A DNA stretch of 24,000 nt from Propionibacteriaceae bacterium (lineage in GTDB: Bacteria; Actinomycetota; Actinomycetes; Propionibacteriales; Propionibacteriaceae), in the NCBI GenBank assembly GCA_030539405.1, contig JAUNSA010000015.1, positions 395 to 24,394 on the forward strand. Reading direction: 5' to 3'. Under the pieces are notes generated by a model, which did not search any database, was not told where the DNA came from, and saw nothing but the letters and a program-made list of their open reading frames with translations. Within the stretch, counting starts at the first letter, position 1. Each line of letters starts with the position of its first letter. Below are positions 1-8,517 of this stretch, in pieces. Both the position numbers and the translations under genes were made by a program.

Positions 1-751
1 CGTGGCCGTCCACATCGTCGACGAAGTCGGCCAGGTCATCGGCCTCGGCGGTGGGAACCGGGCGGGAGTCGACCAGCTTGATCGTCAGGCCCTTGTTCAG
101 GAACGCCATCTCGCGGAACCGCGTGGCCAGCGTCTGCCAGTTGTAGTGCGTGGTCTCGAAGATCGTCGGCGAGGCGTGGAACGTGACCGTCGTGCCGGCC
201 TCATCGCCCTCACCCAGCGGCTCGAGGCGCTGCAGGTCGTAGTCGGGGACGCCGAGGCTGAACTCCTGGCGCCAGTGGTAGCCGTCGCGGCGCACGTCCA
301 CCTGGAAGCGGTCGCTCAGCGCGTTCACCACCGAGGCGCCCACGCCGTGCAGGCCGCCGGAGACCTTGTAGCCGCCGTCGCCGAACTTGCCGCCGGCGTG
401 CAGGACGGTCAGCGCCAGCGTGACGGCCGGGATCTTCTCCTTGGGATGCAGGTCGACGGGGAAGCCACGCCCGTTGTCGGTGACCCGGACGCCGTCGCCG
501 GGCAGCAGCTCGACCGTGATCAGGTCGGCGAACCCGGCCAGCGCCTCGTCGACGGAGTTGTCGACGATCTCGTACACCAGGTGGTGCAGGCCGCGTTCAC
601 CGGTCGAGCCGATGTACATGCCGGGCCGCTTGCGCACCGCCTCGAGCCCCTCGAGCACCGTGATGGCACTGGCGTCGTACACGCCCGCCTCCACCGAGTG
701 CGAGGATCCGTTGCGGGGCGCCGACTCGTTCGTGTCCGTCACAGACTTCAC
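1..751 (-). CDS. gyrB: DNA gyrase subunit B, N-terminal ~250 aa (3' part lies beyond the window start)
   Basis: Absent from the ORF track because it has no in-window stop. Manual minus-strand translation from GTG 751 gives [85 protein letters not shown], the GHKL ATPase motifs of GyrB. The 2..787 + ORF is its antisense shadow. AGGGAG SD at 754-759; the start could instead be GTG 742. Confidence 0.93.
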   Translation of the reverse strand, partial: MKSVTDTNESAPRNGSSHSVEAGVYDASAITVLEGLEAVRKRPGMYIGSTGERGLHHLVYEIVDNSVDEALAGFADLITVELLPGDGVRVTDNGRGFPVDLHPKEKIPAVTLALTVLHAGGKFGDGGYKVSGGLHGVGASVVNALSDRFQVDVRRDGYHWRQEFSLGVPDYDLQRLEPLGEGDEAGTTVTFHASPTIFETTHYNWQTLATRFREMAFLNKGLTIKLVDSRPVPTAEADDLADFVDDVDGH

Positions 752-770
752 ATCTCCCTAGCACGCGGAC

Positions 771-799
771 GCCGCCCTCACCCGTGAGTGCAGGGCGGC
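771..799 (-). promoter_or_regulatory. GC-rich stem-loop 20-48 nt upstream of the gyrB start
   Basis: GCCGCCCT(771-778) pairs with AGGGCGGC(792-799), and the inner CAC/GTG pairs extend the stem to 11 bp with one bulge and a 6-nt loop. No U-tract follows on either strand. Confidence 0.35.
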
Positions 800-917
800 G
801 ACCCTTGAACTCGTTCATCCTACTAGGAAGGCCCCCAAAACCACGCCTCTGTGAGCCGTGTGTGGCCACCAACGGCCTTCTGTGACGGTGTGGAGCCACG
901 TCACCCCCCAAATCCGA

Positions 918-939
918 CCCCCGGTATGCGCCCCGGGGG
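918..939 (-). terminator. candidate weak terminator hairpin downstream of the membrane-protein gene
   Basis: CCCCCGG(918-924) and CCGGGGG(933-939) form a 7-bp stem with an 8-nt loop. On the minus strand it is followed by TCGGATTTGG, which is only a short U-run, and it lies ~175 nt past the stop at 1114. Confidence 0.25.
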
Positions 940-1113
940 TTCGTGGACGCCCAGCGCGCACTGGGCCTCGTCCGGTGACGGTGGACGGCCTGGCGTAACC
1001 GCCCGGCACCACCCCTAACGAACATCCGCCGACTGCCCGGTAGTGGTCGCGGCCCGGGGTGGGCGCCTCCCGGGGCCTCGACCAGTACGGAGACGGTGGG
1101 CCGACACCAAGGC

Positions 1114-1725
1114 TCAGCCCTGCGCGGTCTCCCGCTGCGGCGCCTGCGGGGCCTGGCGGTGCGGGTTCCACCCGGGGCCGGCGACCTTGTCGGCGGCTGC
1201 CCCCGAGATGACCACCATCACCGCGGTCATGACACAGCCGTAGGCGAAGATGCCCACGACCCAGGGCCAGCTCAGCACGGGGGCGCCGGCCTGCACGATG
1301 CCGGGGTTGTTGAAGATGAGCAGCACCATCAGCATCTGGAGGAAGCCGACCAACACCGCGGGCACCACGGCGAACGGGGTGCGGCCGAGCAGCAGCGGGT
1401 GCACGGCGAGGATCAGGAAGATCACGAGCGTGACCCCGACCCCCAGCACCATGGGCGTCGACGCCGGGTTCGCGCCGATCATCGGGCCGGCCACGAGGTT
1501 GAACAGGAAGCCCCACACCGTGCCGGCGAGGAAGCTGAGGAACAGCGCGACCAGCCCGCCCAGCGGCATGCGCAGGGCGAAGAACAGCGGGATCGGCAGG
1601 ATCGCGAAGGGCGTGTAGGGCGCCATCTGGGGGAAGGCCGCCTGCACGGGCAGCAGCAACAAGGTGATGATCACGGCGCCGAGGATCGCCTCGACCAGCG
1701 TGCCCTTCACGAGCTTGGGGGACAT
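1114..1725 (-). CDS. uncharacterised polytopic integral membrane protein (~203 aa, about 5-6 hydrophobic segments)
   Basis: ORF 1114..1797, trimmed to ATG 1725 (MSPKLVKGTLVEAILGAVIITLLLL..), which is preceded by AAGGAG 5 nt upstream. The protein is strongly hydrophobic throughout and I recognise no family motif. It is divergent from the TetR gene. Confidence 0.75.
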   Translation of the reverse strand: MSPKLVKGTLVEAILGAVIITLLLLPVQAAFPQMAPYTPFAILPIPLFFALRMPLGGLVALFLSFLAGTVWGFLFNLVAGPMIGANPASTPMVLGVGVTLVIFLILAVHPLLLGRTPFAVVPAVLVGFLQMLMVLLIFNNPGIVQAGAPVLSWPWVVGIFAYGCVMTAVMVVISGAAADKVAGPGWNPHRQAPQAPQRETAQG

Positions 1726-1751
1726 GGGTTCTCCTTGGGAGTCGTCATCAT

Positions 1752-1841
1752 TGACGGTAAGTAGCGTCACTGCACACGGTAGAAACTCACGCGACACTAT
1801 GTCAAGAGTCTGACCATGGTGAGGTTTCTCTGTTGTATGTT
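1752..1841. promoter_or_regulatory. divergent promoter/operator region between the membrane-protein gene and tetR
   Basis: Minus strand: TTGACA (1805-1800), 18 nt, then TACCGT (1781-1776). A 14/18 dyad TGACGGTAAGTAGCGTCA (1752-1769) lies just downstream of that -10. The motif cGACActaTGTCA (1792-1804) overlaps the -35. Plus strand: TATGTT (1836-1841) ends 6 nt before ATG 1848, which would allow a leaderless tetR transcript. Confidence 0.5.
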
Positions 1842-1847
1842 CGGGGC

Positions 1848-2468
1848 ATGGCCAGCCTGAGGGACGCGCAGAAGCGCATGACGCGGGAGCTGTTGCTCGA
1901 CAACGGCCTGGAGCTGTTCACCCAGAAGGGGTACAACGCGACCACGATCGAGGACATCGCGGGCGCAGCCGGCACCACCCGCACCACCTTCTACCTGCAC
2001 TTCGCGTCGAAGAGCGAGCTACTGGCCCAGTTGCTCGAGCGCATCGCAGGCCAGGTGACAGACGCCGACGAGCACAAGCTCGAGGACTGCGTCGCCAGCG
2101 GCGACATCACCAAGATCAGGGGCTGGCTGAACCGCAACTTCGACAACTGGGACACCCTGCGCCCCTACCTGCTGCCCGCCTACGAGGCAGCGCCCTCAGA
2201 CCCCGTGATCCACGCGTCCCTGATCACCTGGTTCGAGGACACCATCTCGGCCATGCACCGCGGCCTCGACCGGGCCGACCGCTACGCCGAGGACGACCGG
2301 CGCGCGCGCTGCGTCATGGCGTTCGGCCAGTTCGAGTACACCGCCCACCGCTACTTCAGCCTGGGCTGGCGGACGCCCCGGGACGCCGTCCTGCGCAACA
2401 TGACCGACTCGTGGGCGTACTTGCTCACCGACCGGGGGCTGGCAGGTCCCGCCGCGGCGGACGCGTGA
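1848..2468 (+). CDS. TetR/AcrR-family transcriptional regulator
   Basis: The N-terminal HTH region TRELLLDNGLELFTQKGYNATTIEDIAGAAGTTRTTFYLHFASKSELL is typical of TetR_N. Start taken as ATG 1848. The alternative is TTG 1833, with GAGG 8 nt upstream, as in the track. Confidence 0.88.
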   Translation: MASLRDAQKRMTRELLLDNGLELFTQKGYNATTIEDIAGAAGTTRTTFYLHFASKSELLAQLLERIAGQVTDADEHKLEDCVASGDITKIRGWLNRNFDNWDTLRPYLLPAYEAAPSDPVIHASLITWFEDTISAMHRGLDRADRYAEDDRRARCVMAFGQFEYTAHRYFSLGWRTPRDAVLRNMTDSWAYLLTDRGLAGPAAADA

Positions 2469-3618
2469 GCACGGGTAACACGGCCCCGACCAGGGCGATA
2501 CCACCCAGCACGCTGAACGCCACCACGTAACCCCCGACCCCACCGGCCAACCACGCCCCCAGCAGCGGCCCGACCACCCCGGCCAGGCTCCAGCCGACGA
2601 GCATCAGGCCGTAGATCGCGCCCGCGTGGGCGACCCCGAAGAAGGTCCCGGCCGTGGACGGCATCACCCCAAACGCGCCGCCGTAGCAGAGGTAGACCAG
2701 CGCAGCCAGGGCCAGGAAGGTGAGGCCCGAGGTGTGCGGCAGGGCGATCAGCGCGAGCCCCTCCAGCACCAGGATCGTGGCGAGCACCCGCAACCTCCCC
2801 ACCTTCTGCGCCAGCGACGCCCAGACCACCCGGCCCGCACCGTTGAACAGGGCGAGGACGCCCACCGCGGCAGCCGCACCCGCGGCGTCCAGACCACCGA
2901 CGTCGGCAGCAGCACCGGCCATCATCGAGATCAGGGCGATCCCGGCCAGCACCGCGACGGTCAGCGTGGCGGTGAGCAGGTACCACTGCGGGGTGCGCAA
3001 CGCCTGCGCCACGGTGAAGTCGGACGCCGCGGCCGTGCGGTCACCCTCCTGCCGCGGCGGGCTGACCAGGAGCGCGGCCCCGATGAGGCCCAGGACGAGG
3101 TAGGCCAGGCCGAGGGGTCGGAAGGCGAGGGCGGGGGCGTCCGGGTTCTGTGCGATGAAGAACTGCGCTGCGGGCGAGGTGAGGGTGGCACCAAATCCGA
3201 ACCCCCCGACCGCGAGCCCGGTGACGATCGCGGTGTGCCGCGGGAACCACTTCTGCAGCAGCGCCACCGGCACGATGTAGGCCATGCCCAGCCCGAACCC
3301 CCCGACCACGCCGTAACCGAGCACGAGCAGCCACAGCAGGTCGGGCGTGGTCGCCAACGAGGCGAGCAGCACACCGGCACCGTAGAGGGCGACGCCCACC
3401 AGGGCGACGAACCGCGGCGAGCGACGATCCTGCAGGCGTCCACCCACGAACGCCCCGATGAAGATCATGCCGATGGCCACCTCGAACGGGATCGCCGCCT
3501 CGACCGCGCTCAGCCCCGGCTGGAGGGCACGCCCGAACAGACTCCAGGCGTACACGCCGCCGATCACGACCTGCACGACCACCCCGCCCACCAGGGCAGC
3601 CCACCGCGCATGCGTCAT
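2425..3618 (-). CDS. MFS transporter, oxalate/formate antiporter (OFA)-like family
   Basis: 397 aa with about 12 hydrophobic segments. The N-terminal GGVYAWSLF motif is characteristic of OFA/YhjX-type MFS proteins. Last gene of the minus-strand operon. Its 3' end overlaps the tetR 3' end by 44 bp. Confidence 0.85.
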   Translation of the reverse strand: MTHARWAALVGGVVVQVVIGGVYAWSLFGRALQPGLSAVEAAIPFEVAIGMIFIGAFVGGRLQDRRSPRFVALVGVALYGAGVLLASLATTPDLLWLLVLGYGVVGGFGLGMAYIVPVALLQKWFPRHTAIVTGLAVGGFGFGATLTSPAAQFFIAQNPDAPALAFRPLGLAYLVLGLIGAALLVSPPRQEGDRTAAASDFTVAQALRTPQWYLLTATLTVAVLAGIALISMMAGAAADVGGLDAAGAAAAVGVLALFNGAGRVVWASLAQKVGRLRVLATILVLEGLALIALPHTSGLTFLALAALVYLCYGGAFGVMPSTAGTFFGVAHAGAIYGLMLVGWSLAGVVGPLLGAWLAGGVGGYVVAFSVLGGIALVGAVLPVLTRPPRRDLPAPGR

Positions 3619-3636
3619 GGGGTCATCTTGGCAGGG

Positions 3637-5355
3637 CTACCCCGTGGTGTACGGCAGGACGATCCGGCTGGGGTGCTCGGCGTCCCGGTAGATCGTGTGG
3701 GTGACGGGGCGACCGACGGGCAGGTGGAAGGAGTCCGGCGGCAGCAGTGCGTTGTGCTCGTCGGCCAGGGGCTCGTTGTTGGAGAGCTCCAGGACGAGCT
3801 TGTGTCCGGGCAGGAACGCGTTCGCGAACGGGTAGAGCCGGATGACGTACTCGTTCACCTCCCCCGGCGTCACCGGCACCGCACGGGTGTGCGGGTGCAC
3901 GGGGCTGCCCTCGGTCGTCCGTTCGAGGTCGAGCTCGCGGTGCGACGCCTTCAGGTAGCCGGTGGTGATGAGCTGCCGCTTGCCGTTGGGGGCGGCGTCC
4001 CACAGCCGGAGGATGAAGTTGGTGTCCTCGGCGTCGATCGCGGCGAAGATGTGCGCCGCACCGGTGCCCATCATCTCGACCTTCTCGGTGAACGGCGCGG
4101 TCTCCCAGCTCAGGATCTCGACCTTGTCGGTCACCGTCAGCGGCGCCTGGAAGAAGCCGTCCGGGGCGGCGTACTCGGGCCCCATCAGCTCGGGCTCGGC
4201 CGACAGCTTGCGACGCGGGCGCAGGTACAGCGGACGGTACTCGGTCGGCTTCGGCGGCCACTCCTCGGCGGTCACATACTCGCGCGAGCCCTCGACGAAC
4301 ACGGTCACCGCCGACTCCTCGTCGACGCCGTTGTCGATGCCCTTGAGATACTTGTCGTACCAGCGGAACATCTTGTCGTGCTCCTCGATGAACGGGCGGC
4401 TCTGCATCGGCGGGTACGGCCCGAGGTCGAGCTTCTTCGGGCCGGTCACGGCGTTGAAGACCTCGATGGTGCCGTCCAGGGTCCAGCCGCGGCCGTGGTC
4501 GAGCTGCAGCCACACCGGGATGTCGATGTTGCCGGCAAGCTCGTTGGGGTTCCGCTCGGTGTACCAGGGGCCGTCGAGCTCGTTGGTGATGATGTCGAAC
4601 CACGGCTCGTGGTTCTTCGGGTAGTGCAGGACGTGCACCATGTTCGGCCACGCGGCGATGTCGGGGTCGGCCAGCCGGGCCTCGACCCGAGCGCGCACCT
4701 CGTCGGCCGACAGCTCGGAGAGCATCCGCGACTTCACGCCGTCGGTGAACGCCCAGCCCGAGTCGCCGCCTCGTCCCTCGCGCGCGGCGCGCGGCATGAG
4801 CCACATGATGCCGCCGTGGTAGGTGGTCTCGTAGAAGTCGTAGTGCCCGCCCGAGACGAAGATCGCCTTGAGCGACGGCGGGCGCTCGGCCGCCGCGATC
4901 ACCTGCATCGAGCCGAAGTAGCTGATGCCGATCATGCCGACGTTGCCGTCGCACCACGGCTGCGCGGCGACCCACTCGATGAAGTCGTAGGCGTCCTCGC
5001 CCAGCGACACGCCCCCGGCGTTGTAGTTGCCGATGTGCTCACCGTCGGAGTGACCGGTGCCGCGCAGGTCGCCGATGACGTGCACGTAGTCCTCGGCGAC
5101 GACGCGGGCGATGTCGCCGGCCTCGATGCAGCCGTCCCACATCGGGGAGGGACGCCGCTGCGGCGGCATGGTCAGCGCCAGCGCCTGGAGCTCCTTGCCG
5201 TAGGGGCTGAGCGCCACCAACGCCGGGCGCGGCTTCTCGTCAGTGCCCTCGTAGGCGTCGGCGACCAGCTCCACGCCGTCGCGCATCGGCACGCGCAGGT
5301 CCTTACGGATACGGATCGTCTGCCCGCCCGCGTCCCAGGTCCGGATGTCAGCCAT
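3637..5355 (-). CDS. CocE/NonD-family (S15, X-Pro dipeptidyl-peptidase-like) serine hydrolase
   Basis: 572 aa. Contains DLRGTGHSDG and the nucleophile elbow GISYFGS (GxSYxG), and has the long C-terminal domain typical of the family. Confidence 0.88.
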   Translation of the reverse strand: MADIRTWDAGGQTIRIRKDLRVPMRDGVELVADAYEGTDEKPRPALVALSPYGKELQALALTMPPQRRPSPMWDGCIEAGDIARVVAEDYVHVIGDLRGTGHSDGEHIGNYNAGGVSLGEDAYDFIEWVAAQPWCDGNVGMIGISYFGSMQVIAAAERPPSLKAIFVSGGHYDFYETTYHGGIMWLMPRAAREGRGGDSGWAFTDGVKSRMLSELSADEVRARVEARLADPDIAAWPNMVHVLHYPKNHEPWFDIITNELDGPWYTERNPNELAGNIDIPVWLQLDHGRGWTLDGTIEVFNAVTGPKKLDLGPYPPMQSRPFIEEHDKMFRWYDKYLKGIDNGVDEESAVTVFVEGSREYVTAEEWPPKPTEYRPLYLRPRRKLSAEPELMGPEYAAPDGFFQAPLTVTDKVEILSWETAPFTEKVEMMGTGAAHIFAAIDAEDTNFILRLWDAAPNGKRQLITTGYLKASHRELDLERTTEGSPVHPHTRAVPVTPGEVNEYVIRLYPFANAFLPGHKLVLELSNNEPLADEHNALLPPDSFHLPVGRPVTHTIYRDAEHPSRIVLPYTTG

Positions 5356-6274
5356 CGTTGCTCCTTCTCAGGTGTCCGTGCAGGGTCGTGAAGAACGACC
5401 ACGGTTCGTGCGTGGGGTCGCCCGCGTAACCGAGTTCGGACGCCGCCGCCTCGAACGGCGAGTACGGCGAGGCCGTCTCCCGGACGCCGTCAGCCGCGGT
5501 CTGCTCCCACACGGCCGCGATGCGGTCGGCGACCGCGATGCTCTCGGCCAGGGCGCGAGCGGCGTCCTCCACGACGACGCCGGGGGACTCGCCGGTCGTC
5601 CAGCGGTAGGGGTGACCGAGGTAGAGCCGCTGTGGCCGCACCTCGTCGCGCAGGCGGACCAGGCTCGCCCGGTAGTCGACCGGGTCGTCGTAGCCGGGGA
5701 TGCCGGAGGCCGCCCCGTTCAGCATCACCGTGTCGCCGGTGAACAGGTCACCCTGGCCGACCACTTCGTAGGCGACCGACCCGGCGGTGTGACCGGGCAC
5801 GTGGTGCACCACGATCCGGACGCCGCCGCCCAGGTCGAGCTCTTCGCCGCCCTGCAGCAGCACAGTGGGCTCGACGCCCCCGGAGATGACGGTGTCGGCC
5901 TGCGCCTGCTGGTCTGCCTCCAGCGTGGGGGTCGGCGCGTACCGGGCACCGATCTCGAGGTTCTTGGCGATGATCCCCGCCGGGGAACGCAACAGGTCGG
6001 CGTCCGCGGTGTGGATGGCGACCTGGGCACGGCGTCCGGTCGCCTCCACCAGGGCGGCCGTCCCGCCGATGTGGTCGATGTGCCCGTGCGTGTGCAGGAT
6101 CCACCGGACGTCCTCGAGCCGGCGCCCGAGCGTGGCCAATGCCGGGGCCATGCCCTCGGCCGGCGAGCTCGCGATGCCGGTGTCGATGATCGCCGGCTCC
6201 GGCGCGTCGATGAAGTAGCTGTACAGCCCGAACCGACCCCACGGGGAGACGAGCGGATGGATCCCGACGGTCAC
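5348..6274 (-). CDS. MBL-fold metallo-hydrolase
   Basis: Carries the HTHGHIDHIGG motif (HxHxDH) and a later HHVPGHT motif. Track ORF 5348..6826 is trimmed to GTG 6274, which forms a GTGA overlap with the upstream MFS stop. The upstream extension overlaps the MFS gene in another frame. Confidence 0.85.
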   Translation of the reverse strand: MTVGIHPLVSPWGRFGLYSYFIDAPEPAIIDTGIASSPAEGMAPALATLGRRLEDVRWILHTHGHIDHIGGTAALVEATGRRAQVAIHTADADLLRSPAGIIAKNLEIGARYAPTPTLEADQQAQADTVISGGVEPTVLLQGGEELDLGGGVRIVVHHVPGHTAGSVAYEVVGQGDLFTGDTVMLNGAASGIPGYDDPVDYRASLVRLRDEVRPQRLYLGHPYRWTTGESPGVVVEDAARALAESIAVADRIAAVWEQTAADGVRETASPYSPFEAAASELGYAGDPTHEPWSFFTTLHGHLRRSNDG

Positions 6275-7611
6275 GACGCCGCCCGCTCCGGCGCAGGCGC
6301 CTGCGTGTTGGCGGTCAGGTTGCGGTTCAACGGCACGAACCAGAAGGCCAGCGCGGCGATCAGGCCGGGCAGGCCGAACCACACGAAGTTCATCGCGACG
6401 GGCAGGTTCATGGTGAGCAGGATGCCACCGAAGATCGGGCCGAAGATGGCCCCGATCCGGCCGACGGCCGAGGCGAGCCCGATCGCCGTGGAACGCATGA
6501 ACGGCGGGTAGTACTGCGCGACGAACGCATACGAGATGTTCTGCGCGCCGTTGGCGGTGGCGCCCGTGACGGCGACTAGGGCCAGCAGCAGGACCAGTCC
6601 GCTGCCGAATCCGAGCAGCGCCAGCGAGACCGCCGCGCCGATGTACATCGGCACCAGCACCTTCTTCACGCCCAGCTTGTCGGCGAGGCGTCCGAGGAAG
6701 AGGGTGCCGATGATCGCGCCGATGTTCTGGAAGATCGGGAAGTTGAGGCTCGAACCCAGGTCGTAGCCCGACCTCACCATCAGTTGCGGCAGCCACACGG
6801 TGAGGCCGTTCAGCATGAGCAGGCACATGAAGAACGCCACCCAGATCATGAGGGTGCCCAGGGCGCGGCCCTCGGTGAACAGTGCGGCGATGGGCGCCTT
6901 CTGCTGCTTGGCCTCGGGGGCGGGGAAGGTGACCTCGGACGCCGTGACCGGGCGTCCGGCCAGATCACTCAGGACGCCCAGGGCAGCATCCTGACCGCGC
7001 CGGTGCGCCAGCACCGACGGCGAGTCGGGGAAGTAGCGGCCCATGAAGGGCACGAACAGCAACGGGATCGCGGCGACCCAGTAGGCGGCCTGCCAGCCCA
7101 GCGTCGGAATCATCGCCATGGCCACCAGCGCCGCGAGGATGCCGCCGACGTGGAAGAAGCTCATCACGATCGCGACGTAGCTGTTCGCCCGCCCCTTGGG
7201 TGCGTAGTCGGTCAGCGTCGCGATGACCGTGGGCAGGATGCCGCCGATCCCGAGACCGGCGAGGAACCGGAAGATCGAGAACACCGTCGGATTGGGCGCG
7301 AACCCACACAGTGCGGTGGCCGCACTGAACAACACCACGGCGGTGAGCAGGACCCGCTTGCGGCCGAACCGGTCGGCGAGCATGCCGAAGCCGACAGCTC
7401 CCAGCATCATGCCGAAGAAGCCGTAGCTGCCGATGGCTCCGGCCTCGACGGGGGTGATGCCCCACTGCTCGATGAGCACCGGGAGGACCGACCCGTAGAT
7501 CACGAGGTCGTACATGTCGAAGGTGATGATGAAGCAGGTCCAGAACAGCATCCAGAAGTGGAAGCGGTTGAACCTGGCCTCCTCGATGAATTCGCGCACG
7601 GTCGTGGTCAT
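6271..7611 (-). CDS. MFS transporter, aromatic-acid:H+ symporter (AAHS)-like
   Basis: 446 aa with 12 predicted TM segments. The N-terminus (FHFWMLFWTCFIITFDMYDLVIYGSVLP) and the GMLADRFGRKRVL loop resemble PcaK/BenK/MhpT-type transporters. Confidence 0.85.
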   Translation of the reverse strand: MTTTVREFIEEARFNRFHFWMLFWTCFIITFDMYDLVIYGSVLPVLIEQWGITPVEAGAIGSYGFFGMMLGAVGFGMLADRFGRKRVLLTAVVLFSAATALCGFAPNPTVFSIFRFLAGLGIGGILPTVIATLTDYAPKGRANSYVAIVMSFFHVGGILAALVAMAMIPTLGWQAAYWVAAIPLLFVPFMGRYFPDSPSVLAHRRGQDAALGVLSDLAGRPVTASEVTFPAPEAKQQKAPIAALFTEGRALGTLMIWVAFFMCLLMLNGLTVWLPQLMVRSGYDLGSSLNFPIFQNIGAIIGTLFLGRLADKLGVKKVLVPMYIGAAVSLALLGFGSGLVLLLALVAVTGATANGAQNISYAFVAQYYPPFMRSTAIGLASAVGRIGAIFGPIFGGILLTMNLPVAMNFVWFGLPGLIAALAFWFVPLNRNLTANTQAPAPERAAS

Positions 7612-7635
7612 GGGTCGGTCTCCAGGGTCGGGGTG

Positions 7636-8517
7636 TCAGCGGTTGAGGAACGCGGCGGTCTGGTCGAACACCCGGGCGAAGTCGCCGATCCAACCGAAGT
7701 TGGCCACGAAGCCGTGGTTGGCGCCTTCGTAGCGGGTGTGGGTGACCGGGACGCCGGCCTCGGCCAGGCGTCGGGCATACAGCTCGCCCTCGTCGCGGAG
7801 CGGGTCGTGCTCGGCGGTGACGACCAGCGCCGGGGGCAGCCCGGTCAGGTCGGCGCGCTTGATCGGGGAGACCCGTGGGTCGTCCGGGTCGGCACCCGAG
7901 TCGAGGTAGAACGCGTTGAACGGCGCCAGCCCTGCGGTCTCCAGGCCGTACCCGGTCGCCTCGGTGCGCAACGACTCGTAACGCGTGGTGTCGAAGTCGA
8001 GGTCGAGGCTCGGGTAGTACAGGACCTGATGGGTCACGGCGTCCAACCCCTCATCGGCCGCACGGGCCGCGAGCGCGGCAACGAACGTACCCCCGGACGA
8101 GTCGCCGGCCAGGGCGACCGGGCCGCCCTGCCCGGCGGCCCACCTGACCACCGTCCAGCAGTCGTCGAGTCCGGCCGGGAAGGTGTGCTCGGGCGCGAGC
8201 CGGTAGTCCACCGACACGACGGTCCAGTCGGTGGCGTTGGCCAGGGCGCGTGCCACGTGGTCGTGGGTGTCGAGGCTGCCGAGGAAGAACGCTCCGCCGT
8301 GGAAGTAGACGAGCGTGCCGTCACTGACGGCGTCCGAGCGGTAGACCCGCACGGGAACGCCGTCGACGTCGGCGTCCTCGACGGACGCCACGGGGATGCG
8401 GTCGGCGGGCGCGGGGACCTGCGCGGCCTCTCCGGCCCGCATGGCGACCGGGTCGAGCGGGCCCGGCGGCGGTGCCGGCAGGGAGGCCAGCACCTCCGCG
8501 ATCTGTGGGTGGATCAC
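7636..8517 (-). CDS. alpha/beta hydrolase fold-3 esterase/lipase (hormone-sensitive-lipase family)
   Basis: Has an HGGAF oxyanion motif, a GDSSGG nucleophile elbow, and DPLRDEG plus a C-terminal HGF for the triad. Track ORF 7636..9366 is trimmed to GTG 8517, which forms a GTGA overlap with the upstream stop. Confidence 0.85.
   Translation of the reverse strand: MIHPQIAEVLASLPAPPPGPLDPVAMRAGEAAQVPAPADRIPVASVEDADVDGVPVRVYRSDAVSDGTLVYFHGGAFFLGSLDTHDHVARALANATDWTVVSVDYRLAPEHTFPAGLDDCWTVVRWAAGQGGPVALAGDSSGGTFVAALAARAADEGLDAVTHQVLYYPSLDLDFDTTRYESLRTEATGYGLETAGLAPFNAFYLDSGADPDDPRVSPIKRADLTGLPPALVVTAEHDPLRDEGELYARRLAEAGVPVTHTRYEGANHGFVANFGWIGDFARVFDQTAAFLNR

Noticed and set aside
2-787. 261-aa + strand ORF at the window start
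   Set aside because: It is the antisense shadow of gyrB. The minus strand encodes unmistakable GyrB ATPase motifs, while the + product is Ala/Val/Gly/Arg-rich with no motif.
2626-5391. 921-aa + strand ORF, the longest in the track
   Set aside because: It lies antisense to the OFA-type MFS and CocE/NonD genes, which have clear family motifs. The product is Arg/Gly/Asp/His/Pro-rich and low-complexity, the usual stop-free antisense frame of high-GC DNA.
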